From positions 1 to 28,044 of the forward strand of contig CAZSWP010000045.1 of assembly GCA_964610875.1 (NCBI GenBank): a DNA stretch of 28,044 nt, read 5' to 3'. Source of the stretch: an uncultured archaeon (GTDB taxonomy: Archaea > Asgardarchaeota > Thorarchaeia > Thorarchaeales > Thorarchaeaceae). Made by a program: the position numbers and the translations under genes. The first letter of the stretch is position 1. Each line of letters opens with the position of its first letter. Below, piece by piece: positions 17,044-26,427 of this stretch. The notes under the pieces were generated by a model. That model was given only the letters and a program-made list of their open reading frames with translations. It ran no database searches and was not told where the DNA came from.

Positions 17044-18627
17044 TTATTGCTCACTCATATACAATAATGGAATCACCCAATTAACGAAGATGAGTATGCT
17101 TCCAAAGATCCAGATACTTGCAAGGTTAGTATGCCATACAAGCAAGGCAATTGTGTTCACCCCTAAAAATACAAAAACGACAGCAATGATGATTGCATAG
17201 AGCAAATCAGCGATGACTACCTCTTTAATTGGTTGACCCTTCACTTTTCTGTACAATGGAATGAAGATAGATACACCCAATAAAATTACCAAGCTGGCTA
17301 TTTCTTCTATTTTGAAGTTGGCAAATCCAAAGGTACGCGTAATCTCCGTCGTTTCTCCTTCTGCTGTGGTAATAACTACCTTCAATTCGTGTTCCCATTT
17401 CGTATAGTTATTAGTATCAAATGAGAAGCTGAAAGTTCCCACATTGGCTGTGATATCTTCCAGTCCTGAAACAATTTCATCATCAACATAGACTGTGATT
17501 TGAACAGTTTCCCATGTGGATTCGATGGTTATTGTAAAGTCAGCAATACCCACAACTACATCTGAATCCGGTGAAATGAAAGATGCCTCTGGTACACCAT
17601 GATTATCCACAATGAGTAAAAGTGTATATTTCCAGTCGTGTCCAAAGTCATCATTTGCTATGAAAGTGAAATTATGCTCGCCTTCTGAATAGGGGCTAGT
17701 TTCAACGAATATTGTTGTTCTACCGGGATATATCGTAATATTTTGTGCATCACTTGTTAGCTCATCGTCGATATAGACAGACATCTCTCCACTGGAATAT
17801 GGGGTTGTTGTTCTGATAATGAAGCTTGCATTTCCTGAAACTCTCTGGTAATTAGCAACACCAACTACTGTGAATCTGATATGGTCGATGAAGAAAAGCT
17901 CAACCCAGGCACTATCAACGAGACCCTCTTCTGTGTATACTATCGTAGTAACATTGTGATTTCCGTTTTCATATCTACTTCCATTGATTGTGTAGTTATT
18001 TGCTCCTACAGGTACTACAGTGGCATTATATTCTTCTGTAAGAGTACCATCAACAGTGATGTTCAGAAAGAGCTCAGCATAGTCCGATGTAATGTTTAGG
18101 TAGATGTCATCCAATCCTGTGAAATTGGCATTCTCACTTGGTGCAATTATTTCAATACCTGGATAACCATGATTGTCAACCTCAAACACCAGATAATATG
18201 TTTCTCTTTCAAGTATTCCAGTGTTATTCTCTTCGAAGAGAAAAGTGAAGTTCAGAAATCCCTCTGGTAGAATTGTAGTATTGATAGTAAAATTCTGATT
18301 ACCATCCATTACTTCTGTCACATTATAATCTGGGTGGATTTCATCTTCTACAAATAACGTCAGATTGAGTGGTGTATTATCAGATGTTACTGTCATATTC
18401 AAATCTACTGTACCAGATATCAAGCTTGTATTTCCCAAACCTGTTTGTTCTACTTGAATGAGAACTACTGAGATGTTCTCAGAGTCATAACCTGAAAACA
18501 ATATCTGTATTTTTGGTGCATGAGGGGTCAAAGGTTGATCCATGCCCGAAGATATCATTTGCATCTGTGTTGCACCAAGTAGTATTGTCATTACGAGTAG
18601 TATTGATATTAGACTCGTTCTCTTCAT
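17044..18627 (-). CDS. Cell-surface glycoprotein with Ig-like beta repeats and C-terminal TM helices
   Basis: Signal peptide MKRTSLISILLV…; about four beta-rich repeats (VDNHG..P twice; YxxGxH-like motifs); about 20 N-x-S/T sequons; three C-terminal hydrophobic segments. Confidence 0.75.
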   Translation of the reverse strand: MKRTSLISILLVMTILLGATQMQMISSGMDQPLTPHAPKIQILFSGYDSENISVVLIQVEQTGLGNTSLISGTVDLNMTVTSDNTPLNLTLFVEDEIHPDYNVTEVMDGNQNFTINTTILPEGFLNFTFLFEENNTGILERETYYLVFEVDNHGYPGIEIIAPSENANFTGLDDIYLNITSDYAELFLNITVDGTLTEEYNATVVPVGANNYTINGSRYENGNHNVTTIVYTEEGLVDSAWVELFFIDHIRFTVVGVANYQRVSGNASFIIRTTTPYSSGEMSVYIDDELTSDAQNITIYPGRTTIFVETSPYSEGEHNFTFIANDDFGHDWKYTLLLIVDNHGVPEASFISPDSDVVVGIADFTITIESTWETVQITVYVDDEIVSGLEDITANVGTFSFSFDTNNYTKWEHELKVVITTAEGETTEITRTFGFANFKIEEIASLVILLGVSIFIPLYRKVKGQPIKEVVIADLLYAIIIAVVFVFLGVNTIALLVWHTNLASIWIFGSILIFVNWVIPLLYMSEQ

Positions 18628-18801
18628 TCTGAAGCCTTCCTTATTCCCAGTGTCTCCTGGAGGGTTGGATGGAGGGAAAGAAATTGGTCACCTTTTAAGG
18701 CTAGCGCCAGTTTCAAAGACGTACGACAGTGAAGTCAAACCTTAGGAGTTATTAGTCCTTTCAATAACTAATCTTGCACCTGATTTGCGTTGTGAGATTC
18801 C

Positions 18802-21201
18802 ATGACCGTTGATGAAAATTCACGTTCATCTGTAAAAATCTGGTCTGCCTCAGAAGGCCTTTCAAATCGCGTAAAATACCTTCGTGAGCATTTCTATTCA
18901 TTTCATGAACGTGCTGAAACTAATGAACCCTATGCCTTCACAACAGGCAAAGAATGGGATGAGTTGTATTCATACCACGATTGGGCAAATGAACCTGCTA
19001 TTTACCAATTCTTCCCTTCAATTGATCAGACTTTAAAAGCGATAGCTGTGGAGGTTGATTTACCTGAAGATTATTGGGAATATGGTCTGAAGAAACGAAA
19101 AGCCATTTTCTTCCATGAGGTAATGACAAAGTACATGCCTGTGATTATTGTTGATGGTGAATTAATCGTTGGATTTAATTTTAACACTGCACTCTCGAAG
19201 TCATTGAACAAGCAGGAAACCAAAAAAAGGAATAAATTAATGGAATCTTGGTTTAAAGAAGCGACGCGCCTTAATCAGCTTGGTGTTGGTACAGCTTCCT
19301 CAGTACCAGGCCATATCATTCCAAATTACGCAAAAGTACTACAAATCGGTTTGAAAGGGATTGTCAAAGAATTTGAGATGCTTCTGAAAAGTGAAGTTAG
19401 TATCGAACATCGTGAATTCATAGATGCTTTGATTTTAAGTTGTGAAACCGCCAGAGATTATAACTTACGATACGCCTCAAAAGCAGAGGAACTAGCGGAA
19501 AAAGAAACAGACTCTCAAAGAAGAAATGAACTACTAGAGATTGCAAGGATTTGTAAAAAAGTACCTTGGGAACCACCTGATACCTTTTGGGAGGCCTTAC
19601 AATCATTATGGACTATTCATATGCTTGTCATGGCTGCAGAATCTTATCCTGGTGCAGGACTTTCTCATGGTAGATGGGACCAATATCTATATCCATTTTA
19701 TGAGAATAGTGTTCTAAATGGGGATACGGAATACGATTTTGCCAAAGAATTGGTGCAATGCTATTGGATAAAGCACAATTATGTCTACGATTTTCAAGGG
19801 CGATTGGGAATCAATCAAGGAATCAATTCTAGTTTTGGTCAGTTAGTTACATTGAGTGGTTGTGGCCCTAGTGGTGAAGACTTAACCAATGAACTGACTT
19901 TGTTAGCATTAGACGTTATTGAAGAGATGAATCTTCTTGAACCTAAACCCAACATCCGCATTCACCGAAACACGCCTCAAGACTTTCTGATTCGAGTTTC
20001 TGAGATTCTAGCGAAAGCACAAGGTTCTCCATTTCTACTAAATTTCGATGAGCATAGTATTGACGGATTGGTTTGGCAAGGTGTTCCGAGGGAGGATGCT
20101 TGGGATTATGGAATTGTTGGTTGTCTGGAAAACACAATGCAAGGTAATGACAGGTCTGGCACAGTAGATGTAAATATCAACCTTGCAAAAGCCATTGAAC
20201 TTGCTTTGAATGACGGAAAGGACTTACAAACTGATGACCAGCTTGGTCCATCCACTGGTGATCCAAATCAATTTGCTAATTATTCTGAATTCCTCAACGC
20301 ATTGAAGAAACAACTTGTCGCCCTTATCGATCTTCTTACAGAATGCGGGAATATGGCTGATACGTTGAGGGCGAGATATCAACCCACTCCGTATCTAAGT
20401 GCACTAATGGATGGTTGTGCAGTCACTGGTAAAGATGTCAACGAAGGAGGAACGGTATGGAATTTCAACACACTCGAAGGAATGGGTATTGCCACTTTAG
20501 CTGATTCGGTTGCTGCAGTAAAGAAAATTGTTTTTGAAGATAAGAGAATCAGCATGGATGAATTACTAAAGGCAATCAAATCAAATTTTGATGGTTACGA
20601 AGAAGTACGACAACTGCTTCGTTCCAAAGCACCGAAGTTCGGGAATGATGACAACTATGTAGATGAGATTGCTCGGGAACTATCTACATTTTGGGCAAAG
20701 GAGGCTTTCAAAAGAGAAAATCCATACACTGGTAGGAAATATCGTGCTGGATATTTGAGCTGGAACTACTATATTCCATTAGCTCCTCTAACTGCTGCAA
20801 CGCCAGATGGTCGAAGACGAGGCGAATTTCTATCTGGAGGTGTGGGTGCAGTTCAAGGTATGGATTCTAAAGGTCCGACTGCCTCAATTTCATCTGTGGG
20901 TAAATTAGGATTAGAAACCGTTCCGAATGGTGCGTCTCACACAATAACTCTTAGTCCTTCAATGGTAAGAACTCCAGAACATATTGAGAAACTTGCAGCT
21001 CTCATTAGAGCATACAACGAAGTTGGTGGGACTGCTCTTCAGATTAACATCATTGATAGTAAGACACTTCATGATGCACAGACAAATCCGGACAGGTATT
21101 CAAACCTCTTGGTTCGAGTGACTGGGTATAATGCCTTTTTCACTCAAATAGGCCGCGAGCTTCAAGAAGAGATAATTGCACGAACGGAGCACCGATTGTA
21201 A
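18802..21201 (+). CDS. Glycyl radical enzyme (PFL-like superfamily), substrate unknown
   Basis: 799 aa; GRWDQY, Cys loop GCLE (C441/E443), PKFGNDD, ATPDGR, Gly loop LLVRVTGY (G775). Confidence 0.92.
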   Translation: MTVDENSRSSVKIWSASEGLSNRVKYLREHFYSFHERAETNEPYAFTTGKEWDELYSYHDWANEPAIYQFFPSIDQTLKAIAVEVDLPEDYWEYGLKKRKAIFFHEVMTKYMPVIIVDGELIVGFNFNTALSKSLNKQETKKRNKLMESWFKEATRLNQLGVGTASSVPGHIIPNYAKVLQIGLKGIVKEFEMLLKSEVSIEHREFIDALILSCETARDYNLRYASKAEELAEKETDSQRRNELLEIARICKKVPWEPPDTFWEALQSLWTIHMLVMAAESYPGAGLSHGRWDQYLYPFYENSVLNGDTEYDFAKELVQCYWIKHNYVYDFQGRLGINQGINSSFGQLVTLSGCGPSGEDLTNELTLLALDVIEEMNLLEPKPNIRIHRNTPQDFLIRVSEILAKAQGSPFLLNFDEHSIDGLVWQGVPREDAWDYGIVGCLENTMQGNDRSGTVDVNINLAKAIELALNDGKDLQTDDQLGPSTGDPNQFANYSEFLNALKKQLVALIDLLTECGNMADTLRARYQPTPYLSALMDGCAVTGKDVNEGGTVWNFNTLEGMGIATLADSVAAVKKIVFEDKRISMDELLKAIKSNFDGYEEVRQLLRSKAPKFGNDDNYVDEIARELSTFWAKEAFKRENPYTGRKYRAGYLSWNYYIPLAPLTAATPDGRRRGEFLSGGVGAVQGMDSKGPTASISSVGKLGLETVPNGASHTITLSPSMVRTPEHIEKLAALIRAYNEVGGTALQINIIDSKTLHDAQTNPDRYSNLLVRVTGYNAFFTQIGRELQEEIIARTEHRL

Positions 21202-22178
21202 TGACAATCGAGGGGTATGTAACTAACATTCAACGTTGTTCAACAGAGGATGGACCGGGCTTAAGAACAACTGTATTCCTTAAGGGGTGTCCTTTACAAT
21301 GTGTATGGTGTCATAATATCGAGACAATTGAATCAAAACCTCAACTTGTTTGGCACGAACGAAAATGCATTGGTGACAAGGCTTGCATTGAAACATGCAG
21401 GAATGCCGCATTACAATTTACTCAGGATGGGATGTCGATTGACAGAGAGAAATGCATTACATGTGGCGAATGTGAGGAAGCTTGTCCAACAGGTGCCCTT
21501 GAGATTATGGGAAAGAAATGGAATGCTTCCGAGCTTGTTAAGGATTTAATTCGAGATAAAATCTTCTTCACAACATCTAATGGTGGAATTACTATTTCTG
21601 GTGGTGAACCTTTACTGCAATATGACTTTGCATTAGAAATTGCAAGAGGGATCCAATCTGAAGGGGTTTCTGTAGCACTTGATACCACTGGGTATGCAAG
21701 TGAAACAATATGGAGAAAGATCATAGCAAACGTGGATTTGGTATTGCTGGACTTGAAACAAATGGATGAGCTAAAACATGAGGAATACACTGGTGTTCCT
21801 CTAAAGAGGATTCTCGACAATGCTAAGATTCTTGCCCAAGAAAACATACCTACTTGGATTCGAACACCTATTATTCCTGGACACACTGATGATGATGAAA
21901 ATATACGACTAATTGCTGAATTCATTCAAGCAGAATTACCCAATGTTGAGAGATATGATTTACTTGCATTCAACAAAATGTGTATTGAGAAGTACTCTCT
22001 TTTTGGATTAGTGTATCCTTTGAAAGATCATCCATTAGTAGAATCGGATACGATGGAAAAGCTCACTTCACTTGCTAGAGATATTGGCATTTCCAAAGTC
22101 ACTTGGTCTGGAATGACCAAGACTGAATCCAATGAATCAATATCAATACAAAAGCAGGAGGTTGGACACTGTGGCTAA
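21201..22178 (+). CDS. Glycyl-radical enzyme activating enzyme with ferredoxin-like insert
   Basis: DGPGLRTTVFLKGCPLQCVWC; insert CIGDKACIETC…CITCGECEEACP; GGITISGGEP; TAATG overlap with the GRE gene. Confidence 0.92.
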   Translation: MTIEGYVTNIQRCSTEDGPGLRTTVFLKGCPLQCVWCHNIETIESKPQLVWHERKCIGDKACIETCRNAALQFTQDGMSIDREKCITCGECEEACPTGALEIMGKKWNASELVKDLIRDKIFFTTSNGGITISGGEPLLQYDFALEIARGIQSEGVSVALDTTGYASETIWRKIIANVDLVLLDLKQMDELKHEEYTGVPLKRILDNAKILAQENIPTWIRTPIIPGHTDDDENIRLIAEFIQAELPNVERYDLLAFNKMCIEKYSLFGLVYPLKDHPLVESDTMEKLTSLARDIGISKVTWSGMTKTESNESISIQKQEVGHCG

Positions 22179-22998
22179 AATTATTACTAATGAACTCAGA
22201 GAAACCTTAGAAGTCTTTGAGAATCCGAAATTCTTTGCAACACACGACGAAACTGGAGAACCAAACATTGCTCTCGTGATGACCTGGGCACCCTATGAAG
22301 GAAACACTCTTGTCTATGGTGATTTCATGACCTACAAGACTCGAAAGAACCTTGAACATAATAACCCAAAAATCGGAATTCTTGTCATGACTATGGACCT
22401 TGATACTTGGATGATTCATGCAGATTTTGAGTCTTTTCATCGAAATGATGAGATATACGAGTTTATAGCACAGACTCCATTGTTTCGGTATAATCAATAC
22501 ACAAATGCCCGTTCTGCTGGAGTTGCAAATGCAGTTAGGGCAAGTTCTAATTATAGGCTATCAAAAATCTCAGTTCTTCTATCGTATATCAAAGCTAGAC
22601 TTGCTACTCGTGGAATTGAGAAGGTGATACGTGAAGATGGAACTATGCCCAGAAATGTGCTTGAAAGAGTTTCAGCCATGACCACTGTGAAAATGTTTTC
22701 ATTCGTTGGAAGTGATGGTTATCCACAGATTGTTCCTGCTTTTGGAATGTATCCAGTAGGGACAAATAGATTGGTAGTTGATTTGGGTGAGGCCAAACGT
22801 AGAGCGAGTATTCCATTTGATGGCCAAAGAGTTGCAATTTCCATTGTGAGTCTAGAACCCGCAGCGTTCCAAATGAAAGGGACATTCACACAAATATCTG
22901 GTTCTAAAGGATTAATTGACTTGGATAGAGTCTATACATGCTCTCTACCGAGACCTGGACTTAGGGTAGATAGACCTCTCATAAAGAAGGATATGTAA
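22171..22998 (+). CDS. Pyridoxamine 5'-phosphate oxidase-like (split-barrel) protein with two tandem domains
   Basis: KFFATHDETGEPNI…KTRKNLEHNNPKI in domain 1 and KMFSFVGSDGYPQI in domain 2; GTG at 22171 with GGAGGT RBS, overlapping the activase stop. Confidence 0.75.
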   Translation: MAKIITNELRETLEVFENPKFFATHDETGEPNIALVMTWAPYEGNTLVYGDFMTYKTRKNLEHNNPKIGILVMTMDLDTWMIHADFESFHRNDEIYEFIAQTPLFRYNQYTNARSAGVANAVRASSNYRLSKISVLLSYIKARLATRGIEKVIREDGTMPRNVLERVSAMTTVKMFSFVGSDGYPQIVPAFGMYPVGTNRLVVDLGEAKRRASIPFDGQRVAISIVSLEPAAFQMKGTFTQISGSKGLIDLDRVYTCSLPRPGLRVDRPLIKKDM

Positions 22999-23056
22999 AA
23001 GCTCACTGACCAAAAACGCTATGTCTGGCATACTTTTTTCAAATGGATGATGCTTA

Positions 23057-23587
23057 ATGGCTGATGAATGGCATTTCACAACTCGTGATGGTCGAGAAGG
23101 GCGGATTGCTCATGCAAGACAATCTGATGCAGTGGATATGCATTCAAATTTTTGTTCAGTTGTAGAAGAAGGTCTATGGTTACCAACAATGCACCCAAGC
23201 TCAAGAATTAGTGATTGGGCTGAATGGATTACAAGAATCTATAGAACTAGAGAATTCCTTCTCGTTGCTAAAGTTGAAGACGAATATGCAGGACATCTTA
23301 GTCTTCAGCCAGAAGAATGGGCTGCTTCTCAGCATGTGGCAAGATTAGGTATCATCATCAAGGATGGTTTTAGGTTGAATGGTGTTGGTCGTGCGCTTAT
23401 GTTGGCTGCTGAAGAAGTGGCTAAGAAATCAGACTATGAGAAGATAGTATTGAGTACTTTTGTAGACAATGAGATAGCCAAGACTCTATATCTGAGTATT
23501 GACTATCAGATAGTTGGTAGACGCAAAGGCCAATTCAAGATGCCTAAGGGTTATATCGATGAAATACTAATGGAAAAGACGCTTTGA
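23057..23587 (+). CDS. GNAT family N-acetyltransferase
   Basis: FRLNGVGRALM motif A; N..A..LY…Y…GRRKGQFK…DEILMEK. Confidence 0.88.
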   Translation: MADEWHFTTRDGREGRIAHARQSDAVDMHSNFCSVVEEGLWLPTMHPSSRISDWAEWITRIYRTREFLLVAKVEDEYAGHLSLQPEEWAASQHVARLGIIIKDGFRLNGVGRALMLAAEEVAKKSDYEKIVLSTFVDNEIAKTLYLSIDYQIVGRRKGQFKMPKGYIDEILMEKTL

Positions 23588-23605
23588 TATGGTGGTCTAT
23601 AACAT

Positions 23606-24142
23606 ATGTGGCGGAAAATAATGGGCTCCTTTAAAGAATCTCCAAGACGCCTCGCAGTTGCAAAAGCTCTTCTCAGACATGGCTTTTCAATAGATAAAGA
23701 AAGTAAGAAGGATTCCAAGAATTCATCTGTCATAGTAAAATGCGGAAATATCCATGTGCCATTGAAGTCAATTGGTGATGCATTGGGTATTGACAGACGG
23801 ACTGTAAGAGCAACCGTAGATGACATCTATGGGAATGAAGAGCTGCGAGTGCTTTATTCACGAATCCTACCAGCAGGACCCTCTCTTGAGAAAGTCAGTG
23901 AGATTATGGGCTATGGAGTCGTCACAATCTATGTTCATTCTCCAGAGGACCCAGGTATTCTTTCAGAAGTCACTCAAGCTATTGCGGGATACAATATTGC
24001 CATCCGACAGGTACTCGCAGAAGATGTCGCAATCTATGAAGAACCCTGTCTGAAAGTCATCACTAAGACACCACTTCCTGGAGCAGTCATTGAAACACTA
24101 TCCAGTATTAGAGGAGTCACACGGGTAATTATTGGTCATTAG
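23606..24142 (+). CDS. Archaeal ACT-domain regulator of amino-acid metabolism (COG2150-like)
   Basis: MW..I…F…P…VA..LL..G, CG, GIDRRTV, and C-terminal ACT motif PGILSEV…NIAIRQ. Confidence 0.8.
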   Translation: MWRKIMGSFKESPRRLAVAKALLRHGFSIDKESKKDSKNSSVIVKCGNIHVPLKSIGDALGIDRRTVRATVDDIYGNEELRVLYSRILPAGPSLEKVSEIMGYGVVTIYVHSPEDPGILSEVTQAIAGYNIAIRQVLAEDVAIYEEPCLKVITKTPLPGAVIETLSSIRGVTRVIIGH

Positions 24143-24183
24143 AAATCTACCTTCAATAACACTGAAAAGGGGTAGAAGATTTC
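24142..24183 (+). terminator. Possible stem-loop after the ACT gene
   Basis: TCTACCTT pairs with GGGGTAGA (G-U allowed); GAAATCT/AGATTTC is an alternative outer pairing. Confidence 0.3.
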
Positions 24184-24204
24184 GCAATTCGAGAGTTTTT
24201 TCTC

Positions 24205-25509
24205 ATGGATTCAGAAACGTCTTCTACATCCGGAATCATCCCAAATGAGGATGAGCTGGATATTAAGAAGTCGGATAATCTAAGACAAGTCTGGATGCTC
24301 GCTTTCTCTCTCGCAATTCTACAAGTAGGATTTGGTATTGTAACTCCAATATTTCCATTCTATATAATCGAACTGGGTGCAACAGCATTAGATTTAGGAA
24401 TATTAGCCGCTTCTTTTGCATTTGCTCGAATACTATTGGCTGGTCCATTAGGTGGTTTGTCTGATCGAATCGGTAGAAAACCTGTTCTTATGTATGCTCT
24501 TTTTGGATTTGCAGCAGCCAATGTTGCATATGCATTCGCTCCTAATATCATTGTAATGATTATTGCGCGAGCGATAGAAGGTGCTGTTTCTGCAGGTTTC
24601 TACCCTGCTGCGAATGCATTTGTTTCGGATATGACAACGATTCAAAATCGTGGAACTGCTATGGGATATCTGAGTACTGGTAATATGGTTGGATTCATTG
24701 TGGGTCCTACTGTTGGTGGAGTTCTAGCAGAATTTCTTGGTATTCGAATGCCATTCATAATTGCTGCAATTGCATCTATTGGGACATTGATGGCAATCAC
24801 AATTCTTGTACGTGAACCTGAAGGTAAGTGCAGTCTTCTTCCTGGCCCCGAGAAGAAAATCAAGCTGTTGGAGGTGTTATCAAATCACTCCCTATCATAT
24901 AATGTTCTAGCCCTTGCAATGTTCATCAATATGTTTGCAATTGGTATACTAGAAGTTGCATTCATGTTGGATGCAGTGATTCGATATTCATTTACTCCTC
25001 TACAGATTGGGATATTCTTTGGAGTACTCGGAATTGTTATGATTCTTGGTAATGTTGGATTTGGACATCTTTCTGACAGGATAGGGAGAAAATGGCTTAT
25101 TGCGGCAGGCTCAGCAATTGCTTCTGTTGCATTGTTGTTTTTCATATTAGCAAGTGATGTTGTGGGTTTCTATTTCGCTGGCAGTATTCTTGGAGTTGCT
25201 ATTTCAATGAGAGGTCCTAGCATTCAGGCTTTGATTGCAGACCTCACGGATAACGAAGCATACGGGGTTGTAATGGGCTTTTTTGGTGCTGTATCAAACA
25301 GTGCATATGTAGTGGGTCCTCTTCTTGGTGGTTATTTGTTTGACACACATGGTGATAGCACAAGTAGCTTGGTAGTGGCTGCAGTGGTTTCATTTGGTGG
25401 ATTTCTTACAGCAGCAATTGGATTGCCTAGTAGCGTTACAAGAGAGAGTGAATGCATAGAGATAATGGAATCCAATATAGATTCACAAATCGATGATTCT
25501 TTGAACTAA
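24205..25509 (+). CDS. MFS transporter (DHA1-like)
   Basis: About 12 TM; motif A GGLSDRIGRK and its repeat GHLSDRIGRK; motif C-like GFIVGPTVGG. Confidence 0.9.
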   Translation: MDSETSSTSGIIPNEDELDIKKSDNLRQVWMLAFSLAILQVGFGIVTPIFPFYIIELGATALDLGILAASFAFARILLAGPLGGLSDRIGRKPVLMYALFGFAAANVAYAFAPNIIVMIIARAIEGAVSAGFYPAANAFVSDMTTIQNRGTAMGYLSTGNMVGFIVGPTVGGVLAEFLGIRMPFIIAAIASIGTLMAITILVREPEGKCSLLPGPEKKIKLLEVLSNHSLSYNVLALAMFINMFAIGILEVAFMLDAVIRYSFTPLQIGIFFGVLGIVMILGNVGFGHLSDRIGRKWLIAAGSAIASVALLFFILASDVVGFYFAGSILGVAISMRGPSIQALIADLTDNEAYGVVMGFFGAVSNSAYVVGPLLGGYLFDTHGDSTSSLVVAAVVSFGGFLTAAIGLPSSVTRESECIEIMESNIDSQIDDSLN

Positions 25510-26345
25510 ACTATCTCTGCTGCGACATACGCAACTACACTGCTCGTATCGCCAGTGATGTTTCCTGAGTTCGTATACTTGAGCAGGTTGAAGTATGCTG
25601 CATCTTGTTCTTTCGCAAACATCGTGGTAATGGCAATTGGGCCTGCTCCACAAATACTAGCTCGGTGTTTCTGGACATAATTTAGGAAACCCTCAGCATC
25701 AAACATTTCTAGAAATTCTAATGCCTGGTTGTCAGTTCTTTTAGCTTGTTCAGCTGAGATGAAATGACTGAAATCTGAGCTTGCTACAACAAGAATGTCC
25801 ATCTCCGATGAAAGGTCAGTCAAGGTACTTGCTATAGATTTACACACCTCAAAGTTTCTATCTCTTAGACTAATTGGTACAAAACTGATATCATTTCCAA
25901 ATACATATTGTAAGAATGGGACTTGCACTTCTATAGAATGTTCCGTACTATGTGCCACACAATCATTTGTTATATATTCATTATTCTCGACCAGAAGCGG
26001 TCCCAATTCTGTATCATATCGAATTGAACCAAGAGGTGTTTGCCAGTCCTCATTACAGATAGCTGCTCTATCCCCGTATCCCGAATGATTAGGTCCAATA
26101 ACAACAAGATGATCTGGGTAGCCATCCTCAAAGAGTTGTAGATAACAATGAGCGGCAGGCATTCCCGAATACACATATCCTGCATGTGGAACAATCAGTC
26201 CTTTCAGATTTCGTTTTGAACCTTGTTCACCATTAGGTAATCTTCCTGGTCCAAGCTTTCCGAGAAAACAATTCTCTATACGTTTTCTTAGAAGTTCTTC
26301 AGTACCTTCATAAAATTGTCCTGCTACTACTGGTAAACGTGTCAT
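25506..26345 (-). CDS. amrB: MEMO1-family protein (AmmeMemoRadiSam protein B)
   Basis: R.PVVAGQFY, VPHAGYVYSG, GPNH, H..EHSIEVQ, ASSDFSH and SICG motifs; ATG at 26345. Confidence 0.88.
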   Translation of the reverse strand: MTRLPVVAGQFYEGTEELLRKRIENCFLGKLGPGRLPNGEQGSKRNLKGLIVPHAGYVYSGMPAAHCYLQLFEDGYPDHLVVIGPNHSGYGDRAAICNEDWQTPLGSIRYDTELGPLLVENNEYITNDCVAHSTEHSIEVQVPFLQYVFGNDISFVPISLRDRNFEVCKSIASTLTDLSSEMDILVVASSDFSHFISAEQAKRTDNQALEFLEMFDAEGFLNYVQKHRASICGAGPIAITTMFAKEQDAAYFNLLKYTNSGNITGDTSSVVAYVAAEIV

Positions 26346-26372
26346 TCTAACTCGATAAGGATAAAACAACGG

Positions 26373-26421
26373 CCTGAGAAAAGGCTTTGCGTCGTAAGTC
26401 TGAAATTAGCATTCTCTCAGG
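26373..26421 (-). other. Stem-loop between hisS and the MEMO1-family gene
   Basis: On the - strand CCTGAGAGAA pairs with TTTTCTCAGG (10 bp, one G-U). Confidence 0.35.
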
Positions 26422-26427
26422 TTTCTT

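Noticed and set aside
18628-18690. Possible hairpin over the RBS of the surface-protein gene (TCCAG-GAGACA-CTGGG; CCTCC/GGAAGG on the - strand)
   Set aside because: The stems are short and imperfect and match no riboswitch I recognise.
18802-21201. Calling the GRE pyruvate formate-lyase, or HypD feeding P5C to pruA
   Set aside because: There is no Cys-Cys pair, so it is not PFL. The pocket segments do not resemble HypD as I recall them, no proC is adjacent, and pruA is more than 11 kb away in a separate unit.
21422-21925. 167-aa - strand ORF and the other short ORFs nested in or antisense to called genes
   Set aside because: They lie within well-supported genes and show no motifs; treated as shadow ORFs.
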